IMG/VR virus record: IMGVR_UViG_3300031992_000007
Coordinates: 201,481 to 265,480 of that record
Strand: one strand, 5' to 3'
DNA length: 64,000 nt
Origin: a virus
Lineage: Duplodnaviria; Caudoviricetes
Shown: positions 50,459-62,366 of the stretch, one piece after another
How the letters are laid out: the number at the start of each line of letters is the position of its first letter
How positions within the stretch are numbered: the stretch's first letter is position 1
Program-made: the position numbers and the translations under genes
Notes under the pieces: model-generated
What the model was told of the DNA's origin: nothing
What the model saw: the letters and a program-made list of their open reading frames with translations, nothing else
Database searches by the model: none

Positions 50459-50469
50459 GTTGGTTCTCC

Positions 50470-51270
50470 TTATTGTGGGTTTACGACGTAGTTAGGATAA
50501 TCCTCGAAGAGCACTCCGGGGATATCGATGATATCCGATTTGAACTTGTTCCACTTGTACTTCTCGTTGACGATCTTGACAACCTGTTCATCTACCACGG
50601 AAGCTCCGTAGCGAATGTACTTGTCAACGTCGGCGTACTTGACACCAAGGTTGTCTTCGTCGGTTTTACCAGAGAGTCCATCGGCAGGTGTCTTGTCCAC
50701 CAGATGAGCAGGAAGGCCCAGCTCATGTCCAATTTGAACAACCTCGGTTGCAGTAAGCCCACGCAGAGGAGCGAAACTTCCGGCTATATCACCGTACAAA
50801 GTTCCATATCCGAGTATAGACTCACTGAGGTTACTGGTGTTGACGACTATGCCACCAACCGCCTGGGCAACGTAGTACAGCGTAGCCATACGTATCCTGG
50901 GCGGAAGGTTGGTATCAGCAACAGTTAGTCTCATGCCCCTGATAACATCATTGGTGATGATCTGTTCTCTGAGGTTGTTAGCAGAGGGGCCGATGTTTAC
51001 GGTTATCTTGTCGATACCGAGGGTATCTGCGATCTCGTGAGAGTCGTCGATATCCGGCTGATCCCCGCAGGGCATCAGAACACCAATGACGTTCTCCTCT
51101 CCGCGGTACTTGGCATAGAGTCCCGCAGCAACAGTGGAGTCCTTACCACCACTGATGCCAATGACCCATCTGGTATTCAGAGGGAGATTGTTCTTAACTC
51201 TCCAGAACTCTATTCCTGAACAGATCTTGGTGATAGCTTCTTTTGGATTGAACTTAAACGGTTCTTTCAT
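50470..51270 (-). CDS. nadE: NH3-dependent NAD+ synthetase
   Basis: GISGGKDS, RIRM, NTSNLSE, GYGTLYGD, PADGL, DEDNLG motifs. Confidence 0.92.
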   Translation of the reverse strand: MKEPFKFNPKEAITKICSGIEFWRVKNNLPLNTRWVIGISGGKDSTVAAGLYAKYRGEENVIGVLMPCGDQPDIDDSHEIADTLGIDKITVNIGPSANNLREQIITNDVIRGMRLTVADTNLPPRIRMATLYYVAQAVGGIVVNTSNLSESILGYGTLYGDIAGSFAPLRGLTATEVVQIGHELGLPAHLVDKTPADGLSGKTDEDNLGVKYADVDKYIRYGASVVDEQVVKIVNEKYKWNKFKSDIIDIPGVLFEDYPNYVVNPQ

Positions 51271-52465
51271 TTTGTTCTCCTTGTTTATAATGCGATGGGT
51301 GTTTGCGGTAGTTGTCATAGAGGAACAAGGCAGTGCACATCAGTGCAGGCATAGACTTATCCTCAGATTGATCCGTGTTGTAGGCCCTGCTGAACAACTC
51401 GTCGATGGAGTGTCTAGACACTGACAACTTCTCGTGCTCGTCCAGGTGTTGTGGAACAGTTAAACGTTTCACTTCATCTAGATCGAGGAAGAAGTAGTGC
51501 ATGTAGTTGGTCATAAAGGCAGGATTGGTAGGAACCTTGCCAAGGTAGACCAACTTATCGATGTCTGCAGCTACGATACCAGTCTCTTCTTCCAGTTCTC
51601 TCACCGCAGCCTTTGCTGGCGGTTCGTCACACTCGACCATCCCACACGGGAACTCAACGAATTCCTTCATGAGTCCATAGCGAAGCTGCTTGACAGTGAC
51701 GAACTTGTCTCCATCCTTGACCAGGATAGTTACCCAGTCGTTAGAACGGATTTTGACTGGTTTGAAGTCAAGCTCCTTAACGTAGCTCTGAGTAAGATCG
51801 AAGATGGCTGTCGAATAGAGCAACCTGTCCTCACCTGTTACACTGGAGATGTAATCTCCAACGTTGGAGAACTGCTGTCTGATCTTGGTTGCAGATACTT
51901 CATCGTACTTGGGATCGATAGAGATCTCTTCGTGTTCGATGTCAGCAACAGCTGGGTTGATAGGAAGATTCCCGCGTCTTACGACAACCAGCTTAGCTAG
52001 TTTAAGGATATCCTCCCAGTTCGTCCACATCTTGAACATGTTGAACTCATCAAGTCCAATAACTACCTTGAACTTTTTGGGTATCCTCTCGGTGCCCAGG
52101 AGACTACACGTCGACTTACCGCGTATAAACGAAATCAGACAGTCGATGAATCTTCTCCTGTGCTGGTAGACCTCTTTGAGGGCTTCGTCGTCAATCCTGT
52201 CGAAGTTCATGATCTCGCATTCATCCACCATCCATCTATGGCAAGATAGGGTGGAGGTGTTCTTCATGATCCTGTAGATCGTGTGAATTCTTTCGACTCC
52301 AGTCAACCAAGGTTTCTTGTCAGCTCTATGCCAACAGACCACAGAAGGAACGATGGTCACGTGATCTGCAATACCTTGGCTGATGATCTCTTCTACGATC
52401 GCTCTGTGGGCAACAGTGAACGGATCGGCTGTTACGCCGAATATGGCTTCTGTAAGCATGTGCAC
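51254..52465 (-). CDS. NadD-like nucleotidyltransferase fused to a Nudix hydrolase
   Basis: GVTADPFTVAH (HIGH-type variant), IGLD, VSATKIR; Nudix box GMVECDEPPAKAAVRELEEETG. Confidence 0.82.
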   Translation of the reverse strand: MHMLTEAIFGVTADPFTVAHRAIVEEIISQGIADHVTIVPSVVCWHRADKKPWLTGVERIHTIYRIMKNTSTLSCHRWMVDECEIMNFDRIDDEALKEVYQHRRRFIDCLISFIRGKSTCSLLGTERIPKKFKVVIGLDEFNMFKMWTNWEDILKLAKLVVVRRGNLPINPAVADIEHEEISIDPKYDEVSATKIRQQFSNVGDYISSVTGEDRLLYSTAIFDLTQSYVKELDFKPVKIRSNDWVTILVKDGDKFVTVKQLRYGLMKEFVEFPCGMVECDEPPAKAAVRELEEETGIVAADIDKLVYLGKVPTNPAFMTNYMHYFFLDLDEVKRLTVPQHLDEHEKLSVSRHSIDELFSRAYNTDQSEDKSMPALMCTALFLYDNYRKHPSHYKQGEQNERTV

Positions 52466-52525
52466 TTCCTTTCGGATATAAAAGAAAGAGGTAGAGTCAT
52501 AAGACTCTACCTCCTCTGTAGTTTA

Positions 52526-53755
52526 CTATTCGTGTGTCAGGCGCCAGTCGATGGCGCGTTTGAGATACTCGACGTACTCGGCGTCTTTGCACATTCCCTT
52601 GCCTTCAACATCAGAGAGTTTGGCAACCGGCGATCCGTTGCACTCCGTGACTTTCATCACGATGTTGAGTGCATCGGGAAGTGGGTTGGACCAGAACGTT
52701 CCGATACCGAATGCGACCTTGCACTGATCTTCGAAGTGTTTCTTGATCTCGTGTGCTTTCTCCAAGTTCAAGCTGTCGCTGAACAAGAGAGTTTTGGTCT
52801 TAGGATCGATACCAAGGCTCTTATAGTGAGCGATGATCTTTTTACCCCACTTGAATGGGTCGCCAGAGTCATGACGAACGCCACTGAAGAGAGTTGCATA
52901 GGTCAGGTTGAAATCCCGAAGGAAGGCATTGGTCCCAATAGTGTCGGTGAGAGCAATGCCATTCAGGATCCCGTACTCCTTAACCCAAGCATCCAGTGCG
53001 TACCAGTTGGAGTAAGCAGGGTTGTGTTTGTGGTTACCCTGTCCAACACACATGATGAACTCGTGGGCTTGAGTGCCGACGGCTTTGAGGTCGTACTTGT
53101 GAGCCAGGTATACGTTGGAGGTACCCACGAACCCAGGAAGTTGACCCTCTTGTTTTGCGAACAGCAGTGCGCTGATCAAATAATCCTGCATTGCTCTCGA
53201 ATACCTACGGCGCATTCCGAATTCGGAGAATGTTCCGATGTCGAATACTTTATTCTTGCCAGATATCTGCAAGATGTGTTTCTCCGTAAGATTCTTGAAC
53301 TCTTCGTTCTTCATGCCAGGACCGTACTTGAACGCGAAGTACACTTCATTGACGATAGCCAAGATGGCGATCTCGTACATGGAAGTGTTGAGCCAAGTTC
53401 CACAGGCCTCTATACAGAGACCGCAGTCGTTGTAATCATTGCCAGTTGCGCAGACGATGATCTCCTCACGACGAGGATGCCAATACCTCAGGAAGTCAAG
53501 GTAGTCCTTGTGTATCCACGGAAGATTGACCCCTAGCCACGTCAACTCAACTTCGGTGAACCTGAGGGTGCAGTAGTGTTTGATCTGTTCCCTGATCTCC
53601 TGAACCATCTCCTCGGTGAACTTGACGTTCGGATTTCTACAACGGAACGACCAGCGAGTGGTGTAGTTGTTGAATTGGTGGAAGATGCACTGACCCATGC
53701 TGAACTTGTAAGCATCGGTCTCTAGAAGTGATTTGACGATAGGTTCTAACTGCAT
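52526..53755 (-). CDS. pncB: Nicotinate phosphoribosyltransferase
   Basis: LETDAYKFSM, SEFGMRRR, GTSNV, GTQAHE, LTDT, GVRHDSGDP, FGIGT, KLSD motifs. Confidence 0.92.
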   Translation of the reverse strand: MQLEPIVKSLLETDAYKFSMGQCIFHQFNNYTTRWSFRCRNPNVKFTEEMVQEIREQIKHYCTLRFTEVELTWLGVNLPWIHKDYLDFLRYWHPRREEIIVCATGNDYNDCGLCIEACGTWLNTSMYEIAILAIVNEVYFAFKYGPGMKNEEFKNLTEKHILQISGKNKVFDIGTFSEFGMRRRYSRAMQDYLISALLFAKQEGQLPGFVGTSNVYLAHKYDLKAVGTQAHEFIMCVGQGNHKHNPAYSNWYALDAWVKEYGILNGIALTDTIGTNAFLRDFNLTYATLFSGVRHDSGDPFKWGKKIIAHYKSLGIDPKTKTLLFSDSLNLEKAHEIKKHFEDQCKVAFGIGTFWSNPLPDALNIVMKVTECNGSPVAKLSDVEGKGMCKDAEYVEYLKRAIDWRLTHE

Positions 53756-53787
53756 GATTTAATCCTTTCTGTACTTGATGGTGATAA

Positions 53788-56700
53788 CTACTTTTTGATC
53801 CACTCGTCACGTGTTTCTGAGATCAGTTGAGCAATGTCAACGGCCAGCTTCTTGTACGTCTGGTTCTCAAAACACATTCCGAGGAATTGAGCCTGCTTGG
53901 AATAAGCAGTTAGTGCTGCAATTACACAGGCTCTTTCATCTGTACTGTCGGTATCGAGACGAAGTACAAAATACTTTCCACGCTTTACCTTGCCGGTCTT
54001 AGCGTCGAGTATCGTGTACTTGTTATAAAGACCTTCTGGTTTGGACTTAGGTTTGGGCATTTGGGTTACCATTCCTTTCTTGGGTCGGTGAAACCAGGTG
54101 CGGGTTTCCAGCCAGGTGGGAACAGATCGAACTTCTTCTTAGGTGGCGTCCAAGGTTTGGCTAAGGAAGCTGGAGCTTGCCGGTCAGGAGTCTGTATACC
54201 ATCCTTGAGAAGTTTAGCTTCGACGTCCTTCCTGAGCAGGAGAATAACTCTGGGGAGAGGTCCCCACGGAGTCGGTACGTCGTCACCGAAAGCAACTGAC
54301 GTGTACTCCGCTTTGGGACCATTTCCTTCGCTGTGTTCGATGCTGTGGGTAGGCCACAGTGTCTCGAACGGCGTTCTGGAGATATCGATAACGGGTCTGG
54401 GCTGCTGATCAGGATCATAGCCCAGCTCCTTAATCATATCCATCAGTTCAGCAGGCGAGTTGAACTTGTAGGGATTACCGTCACTCACCGGATACCTCCC
54501 TCAACTCGGGCAGGCGAGATAATTGTCCCACCTTTGTGTGTTGTGTGGCCGTGCCAGTGTTCCATAGCAGCACCGATGCGACGCTGTTCAGCCATCTTGC
54601 GTTCGTTGGTCTCGCAGGCGTTCCACCCAACGTTGAAACCAATAACGAAGAAGACTATTGCAGCGACAATGACAGCGATGATCAGACAGATGGTGAGTGT
54701 GCTCATGATTGAACTCCTTCCTCAGGAATGGTTGCAGCTGTGCTATGATTCAGAATGGCATACATAGGCAGACCAATTTGACCGAACTCAGCTATCAATG
54801 TGTCAGTGTCATGTTGGATTTTAGCCCGAGTTAGCTGGGACACGAATCTGACGAAACTGAGTTTATGACGAAGTCTCCGCAAATATGCAGCACGACCAGA
54901 TAGATCGGCATACGTCTTGAGAGAACAGCCAGTACTCTCAACCAATCCACAGAGCGCCGGGTTGCAAATTTCATTGACGATACGTCCTTCATCAGATAAG
55001 TCGTATTCCACTTCTTCTACCACCGACGGATGATGAAACTCTAGATCGATCAAATACTTCATAGTAGTGAACGAACCGTTTTCATCCTGGTCCCACGGAA
55101 TAGTAGGAAGCTGGGTGTCGATAATCCCAACCCTGACTACATAAATGGGATGCGATTCGCGTCCGAATTTATGAACAGTAACACCATAACGTGCGTCTTT
55201 GGCACCCGGTATTCCGCCAGTTACGAAATGCAAAGTCCATTCGTAGGACGCACCGGTTTTCTCGACACGTTTTATCAGATCTCCAAACCTGAGACGACAT
55301 ATTCGCTCGATGGTTGGAGATGTAGATGTTCCACACACGAATCCGAACGAGAACAAGTGCTTTGCAATATCAAAACACCTGTCGAGCGTGCTGAGCTCCT
55401 GATTTATGTCCCGGACGATACCGAGACATTTCTCAGATGTAAGCTTGTTAATCCCTTCTTGACCAATTTCTTGTTTGGTTTCGCGTTCTATCGTTCCCAT
55501 TAGATTTATAATGTCATTCATGGTTGAGCTCCTTTCGTTATTGACTCCTGACTGTACTCCGATAACGTCTTAAGAGCAACGTCGTTGATGGTGTAGCTCA
55601 AGTAGTTGGCGATTTCGCGGTAGACGACACCGAACTTTATGATCGTGTCTTCTAACCTCTTATCGTGCTCAGACAGTTTCAGGCCGAGGTTAACCAACCC
55701 GTACTGACCAGGCTTAACATCTTCGAGACTACTGAACACCTGCGCAGGATCCTTCTCGAATTCACTTTCGCTAAGGTAGGTCTTGATGTGGTCAAGTTTC
55801 CCATCGGAGCCAGCCACCTTCGTGTCGTACTCAATGTAGTAGCTCCTGGGAGCCTTGGGATTGATATCATGATCGACGGTTGTTTCTGAAACCTGGATGT
55901 TGAAGATGTTCACCTCATGGAAGAGCTCGTAGTTCTCCAGATGAGTGATCGTAAGAACCCTGTCGTTCATTCCACCTTCTTTGATGCTCAGGGTGATGCC
56001 GAACTGTCCGTGGAGTTTGAAGTCGCGGATAGTGTCGATCAGCATTCCCATCCTGGTCATCTCAACTTTGGCGTCCTCAACGAACTTCTTCATGTTGCGG
56101 ACGAAGGTGGAACAGATCTTCTCCATGCATTGAACTCTGGTCGTCTCGATGTTGCGAAGTAGATCGCGGGTCTCGACGATGAACGGGTCGTTAAACGGGC
56201 TAGACATTTGTAGCTCCTTTCGATTGATGTGTTATACGTTCAATGAATTCCTTCTGTTCGTCCGTAAACTCGCAGATAGAAGCGATAGATGGAAATGCAT
56301 ATCTGAGGAAGCTAGCAGCTACGGAGTTGCCGTAGTTTATCCCTCTCAGGAGCAGATCCACCCAGAACTTTCTGTGAGCTAAGGTTCCGGATTTTGGAGA
56401 CCACTGACCAGGATCGTCTGTGAACTCGTCCGGAGTTATGAGCACGTCGCGGCGGCACAGGCCGTTATTTACGACTACCATGTAGTCTTTGACGGTATTG
56501 CCACGGTAGTGGTCCACGTACTGAGTGATTGAGCAACCACCTCTTGGTGCACCATCCACGGCAAAACTCATCCTTCTACGAGACCAGCAAGATGGTTTCT
56601 TGCGCGTGAACCCGGATAGAAGGCCAGGCTCAGAATAAGTCACAAGATCCTGTAGCTTAGGCGACTCGAACATGAGACGGAAGAACTTTAGAAGCTCCTC

Positions 56701-59700
56701 CCTGAACTTGACCTCGGACTTGTAGAAGCGAACGCGGTCCCTGAAGGTGACGCGTTTAGTCTTCTTTTCCTGCTGTTCCTGTTGCATCGGTAACCTCCGG
56801 CAGTTGTCGTGTGGCGAAGATCTCTGTACCTACCCTCTCCATGGAAGTCCAGGTCTCCTTGTACTTGGGACGTATGACGACCCTAGTGTAGCCGTTGGAC
56901 CGGAGAAGCTTCTCAGTCTGAAGAAGCTCGTCTGTCGTGGCTGTTAGCGGACAGAACGAAGAGTACTCCCACTTGTAGAAGTTCTTCTCCAGAGGAGGGT
57001 CCATTGCCTTGTTAAACGAACTCATTCCGTAGATCACGAAGCCGATGATCACAGCTACTATGAGCGCAAGCATCGCGAATTCAAACCTGAACTCTTTCAT
57101 GTCATTCCTCCTTTGATGTGTAGTCAGGAGCATACTGCAGGTCTAGCCAAGGGAAACGATCCCTTATCTTGACGATTTCTTCAACCGTCAATGCATTGAC
57201 CTTGAGTGTGCTCACGACGTAATGCTCAGAATGTATAGGGAGCTGCTCGCCGTACAGCTTCTCTGCCAGATGGATTGCATCTATGATGGTGCACTCGTGT
57301 GAGAAGTAGTTTTTGCTATCCTCACCATCCGGATCACCCTCGTACCAATCATTCGAGCACAAAGTGTCAATAAGAGACTCGATATACACGATGAGTTCGA
57401 ATCCAAGCGAAGTTGCTGAAACAGGTCGTTCGTGCACGATGCTCGCGAACTTACGCAGACCCTCAACATCTTGATCTGTGAATGTTCTAGGTGTTGGTTT
57501 CATTAGGTCTCCTTTCCTTTACCTTCTACCCAGAATGGTAGCGGCTATGGTCCATAGACCAACGATCACACCAATGATGAGTAATGTTTTCATTGATCAT
57601 CCTCCTTCGACTTGGACTTTTCCTCAGGATAGTAGAATGCAGTCAGCAAACCATAAACGATCGCTGATGCAATACCTACGTTTAAGACTAATGCGAGTAT
57701 AGACTTGATGTCCAGATACTGAGCTAGTGCAATTCCCAGTATAACCGGGAAACAGTAAGTGAAGAAGAATATCGTGCGGCCTTTTGCAGCCCTAGTCATG
57801 ATGTGACCTCCTTAACTTTCTGTGAGTTGTTTGATATCCGTGACCAATCCAACAGACTCAACTGTCAGATAGTATTTCTGTCTGTTCCTGATGTCTCGGA
57901 AGAACTTGACCATCAAAGCTGTATTCACTTCCGAAGTTCTGAGATCCACAAGCTTGATGAACGTCTTCCTAGTCCTGCTTGTCCACAACGAACTGATGCG
58001 TTTGAACAAGTAGGCTGATGATTTGCTCATTGCCATGATCGGGTTCCCAGTCTTAGAGTACGTTGGTCTGAAACCATAGAACTCCAACTGCATTGCCAGA
58101 TCTTTGCTGATGTTCTTGCGATCTCTGATAGAAGAAGTTGTTGGGTACGATAGATGTATGAACATATATCACCTCCGCTTTGTTTTGGTGATTTTCATGA
58201 GGAACTCGATGATGTCCTTAACTACCAGACTTGCGATAGCCTGGCCAGACTTCATCAGTTCATTTTCGAGATAGATGGATCTCCTACGGAAGCTTGGAGT
58301 ACCTTCTATCTTAGGCAGCCGCCACTTTCGCAAGTTGCAGTAATAGCTGAAGCTGTTATTGAGTGACGTGATGAGTATACCTGGTAATTTGGTTCTATCA
58401 GAAGCAGGTCTTACGGTGATCACGTACGTATAGTCTGGGCTTTCCGTCTTGACGAAACGTGGTTCAGCCATCTTAAGTACAAAGTACTTCATATCTCCGA
58501 TGAGGAGCTGAATCTTCTGATGATCGAAATCTTTGTCCTTTTCAAGTTTACCGAGTTTCTCGCAGATATTGAGGATATCATCGAGATTCTCAATGAGCAT
58601 CTTCTCATTGCGTTTGAGAGCGTTCCTGAGCTTAACACTTTCTTTGAACGTAGGTAGAATCGAATCGTATTTGGGCATAATTAACCCTCCTTTTAAATCC
58701 CTATGAATTTACTTGGTCCCATCTCCTTGGTGGAGATGGGATCATCACACCGAAAGGAGTCTTTAGTATCAACATCCTGACAGTGGCAACTGTGTTGACG
58801 ACTGAACCTGATTGTTAGAAGAGAAACCACTATGACCACAACTAGGACCACAGCGGCTGACACAAGTAGAGGTATCATTTGGTCTCCGATCCCATTAGCC
58901 AGTTATTGTTTTCCAACAGCTTCAGGTTGTGAGGACCGATTACCAATAACCTATTCGTATCAAGAAGATAACTAGTAACCGATCTGTCCAACTCCTGGAT
59001 ATTGTTCAGAGAGTACTTCTTGTCTCTGGACAGCATATCGCTTAGATGGACTCGCTCAACATTAGCTTTGTCGTATAAGAACAGACCGCAGATATGCCGA
59101 GCGCCGAACGGTTCCGTGTCCAGCACGAAAGTGTAGAAGATAGAAGGAAAGTCCTTCTTGATCATCTCCTCTACATCACAAGCCGGAGCACAGTCGAACT
59201 TGTGCTGTTTACCTTTGTCGAACTGGATAGTCCCGTCGGTATCGAACCTCGTTCTTCCAATATTCATCGACAGAAGTCGGATGTATTCAAAGAACTCTTT
59301 CTTGCCATTGAAGTACTGAACGAACAGTCTGTCGCTAGGAGAGACTGGACTACCTTTACGCAACAGCAAAGGTTCTACACGAGAGATGGTGCACATGCCC
59401 ACTCTGAGGGGCTTTACTTCTTTGGTCGTCTCTTTGATGACTTCATCGAGCGGAGAATCCTTGATGATCTTGAGCAATGTTGAATCTTCGATGTTCTCTT
59501 TGAATGAAAAGAAGTCCATGGTTGGTTTCCTTTTGAGGTTTAGGTTTTAACGTACACTGCGTTTCTTTAGTAGTTCATCGAACTTTTTCAGAAACATTTT
59601 GTTGACTGCATCAGCGTCAGTCTGCAGATCAACGAGATAGTTTACTATCATCTCGTGGACCATGCAGATGTGCGTTAGATGTTGGTACAACTTAAGATTA

Positions 59701-61428
59701 TCGTCGATCAAGTATAGTCTGTACACACCACGATCTTTAAACTTCACACGTGAATAGTTGACTTGGCGTCGACCATCATACTTGTATTTGACTGGAAGGA
59801 ATTCCCTAATGCCAATACGTTCGAGCTTACCGTTGGGTGTGCGTACCAAGGAAGTGAATTGATACTGGGAATAAGCTCCGTAGTGAAATACTTCAAGACT
59901 CGGAATGTTCTTGATAGATTCGATAGATAACCATAACGGCTTTCCACCTTCTTCCCCAAGAATTCTCATATTGCTAGCCAGTATGAAGATCCGTTTAGCA
60001 ATATCCACCTGCATCTTGTACAGCTTGCGCAGGAGTTTATTCTGCGTCTTGAGTTCGTCTGTACTCGCTTGACCCATCATCAAGAAACTAGATTCCTGAT
60101 AAAGTTCCCTAAACTGACAGCAGCAAAGCAGCATGTTGATCGATCTCTGAACTTTGAGCTTTAGGTTTTTGGCATACTTTAAGTTAGTCATTTGCGTGCT
60201 CCTTGTTAAACACAGACTTTCTTAGAAAGAATTCCCACCAAGAGGCGTACACTCTGACAGTCTGGTTGCCAATGTAGTGACGCTTCTGTTCCGACTTAGG
60301 GAGTCTCCAGAAATCATCGTCGTACGGACCAGGTACACTGATCTCACGATAACGTTCTCCGAAGATATAAATTATTAGCAGAGGGACGAGGACTATCGCT
60401 AGTCCTATTAAAACACCGATGACGAGATCAACATTTATCATTTCGCATACCTCCTTTACAGATAGGTTATTTCTCCCATCTCTAGCTCAAGGATGTACTC
60501 CTTGAGCATGAGAATGTGAGTGTGTTTCTTGAGACACTCCATATGCTCTTTGAGGTACTTGGCGAACTCCAACGCTTTGTCCTTATCGTCCCAGTAGCAC
60601 ACTCTCGGGTCCATCGTGTTGGTGAACCTGTACTCAAGACCAGTGCGAACTTCTCCGAGTGGACTGGAGTTGTCGCACTCGGTCTTGGTGCACAGTAGGA
60701 ACGTGTAGAAACATGTTGCGTTCTTGTCACTAACTTCTATCTCAAGAGCAGGGGTGTATAGGGGAAGTCTGAGATGTTCCTTATCCAGGTGTTTGTGACC
60801 TGGAGCAAGTTGTGTCATCAGACGGACGTCAGGAACGACGATGTCTTTGATGTCCTCTTTTGCGCGGTCCAGACACTGTTGATCGAGTTCAATGCTCTTA
60901 GGTGTTTTCATCTTGTTTCTTCAGTATGTAGATTATAACGAGGAGGACAATGATGATAGCTACGTCACCACCAACGAACCACCAGAAGTACTGTTTAGGA
61001 AGTACCTGTGATGCTACAACTCCAATTGCAATGGGCAAGATGTATCGACAAGTGAACAATACGGGCTTCATTAGAAATTTCATTGTCGAACTCCTTTCTT
61101 AGGATTTAAGTGGTAGATCACTACTGTGTAGAACCTCAAGTGCTTCCAGAAGGTTTAATTCCGGGTCAGTATCCGGTCGATTCATCAATTCTCTTACCTT
61201 TCGCCACCGTTCATCACTTTCCCTCTGCATTGTCAGCAATTGCGTCTTATCGCAGAAACGACCGCGTATGTGATGATGAATTGGTGTCATTAGCAGAAAT
61301 TGATCATCGTACTTTTCAACAATAAAACCAGATGGTAGAGGGTGTCTACATTCAGGAAACCCAGCAGCAAGTTCTAAATTCATCCCTCTATATGGCTGAA
61401 GTTGATCAATGAGTTCTTCGACTTTCAT
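53788..61428 (-). other. Tightly packed run of ~19 small hypothetical ORFs, several single-TM (e.g. 54066-54488, 54703-55521, 55518-56207, 56200-56787, 57102-57503, 58169-58678, 58875-59519, 59547-60191, 60456-60911, 61099-61428)
   Basis: Co-oriented ORFs with overlapping start/stop codons and GGAG-type RBSs, downstream of an early-type motif at 61453; no recognisable families. Confidence 0.7.
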
Positions 61429-61487
61429 TGTAAAATGACTCCTTTCACTTAAGTAATTTATATCCCAACCGTGTATGAAAATATGTT

Positions 61488-61632
61488 AGGTGAGATGAAT
61501 CAACCTCGCGCTTATTCAAATTGTCAAACGGGTATACGTATTACTGATGCTGGTGACCGTAGTGGTGGGATGTACGTAGCAACTAAAGATCCATATCTGT
61601 CGAATAAATTTTACGGACCACACTGGCTCTCC
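61488..61632 (+). repeat. Solitary fibre-tip cassette D
   Basis: AGGTG at 61488, GGCTCTCC at 61625; 144 nt open: GEMNQPRAYS...KFYGPHWLS. Confidence 0.88.
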
Positions 61633-61655
61633 ATCTCAAAAATAAATAACCCAAT

Positions 61656-61681
61656 CTCTCAGCCCCTTGCAGGGCTGAGAG
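61656..61681 (-). terminator. Terminator hairpin bounding cassette D
   Basis: CTCTCAGCCC-CTTGCA-GGGCTGAGAG preceded by an A-rich tract on +. Confidence 0.7.
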
Positions 61682-61697
61682 GATTCAATAACGTTCA

Positions 61698-62309
61698 TCA
61701 CGAGACTATCAATTTATCAATTTTTAGCAACTTTAAATCTTCCATATACACACGAGCTGCATTCTGATAATTGGCCCACATGTTGAGATGCTGCTGCATA
61801 CTCAGTCTACGAACCACCGGAGGAGCTTTAGAAAAGTTCTCTATGAGCAGGTGATTGTAATTTTCAAGCGCATAGAAACAAGGAACATAGTCCAGGAACA
61901 AACATTCACCAACCTGCTCATTTCCAGAGAATTCGACGATTAACTGGTAGGCTTTCCTAGGTTTCGCTTTAGAATTGTGTTTGATGAATGTGAGCTCCCG
62001 TACCCGGAAGGTAAACTTGTTACTCGTAACTACGATTTGATGAACTTCGCGACGCATATCGTCGTTGTACCACTTGTCCATTCGTTCTTCTGCCGCAGTA
62101 TCTCTGTTGAAGATATCGGCAGGGGCTTTAGACTTGCGAGCTTTGTCTATGTAACCCTTTAAAGTATGACCAATCGATTTGTCAATCGAAATCAGTTCTT
62201 TTCGTCTCTTACGAAGGGCTGCAAATGTTGGTACATCTGGAATATTCCTAGTTTTCGATGACATACTGTTCCTCCTTGACTTATTAAGTAAAGTATATGT
62301 GAATGTCAT
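61698..62309 (-). CDS. Hypothetical basic protein
   Basis: ORF with AGGAGG before an internal MSSKTR start. Confidence 0.6.
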   Translation of the reverse strand: MTFTYTLLNKSRRNSMSSKTRNIPDVPTFAALRKRRKELISIDKSIGHTLKGYIDKARKSKAPADIFNRDTAAEERMDKWYNDDMRREVHQIVVTSNKFTFRVRELTFIKHNSKAKPRKAYQLIVEFSGNEQVGECLFLDYVPCFYALENYNHLLIENFSKAPPVVRRLSMQQHLNMWANYQNAARVYMEDLKLLKIDKLIVS

Positions 62310-62366
62310 GATTTAAAATATTAATTCGGATCCTTGACCCCAGTGGGGGTCAAGGATCTTAGAAAG

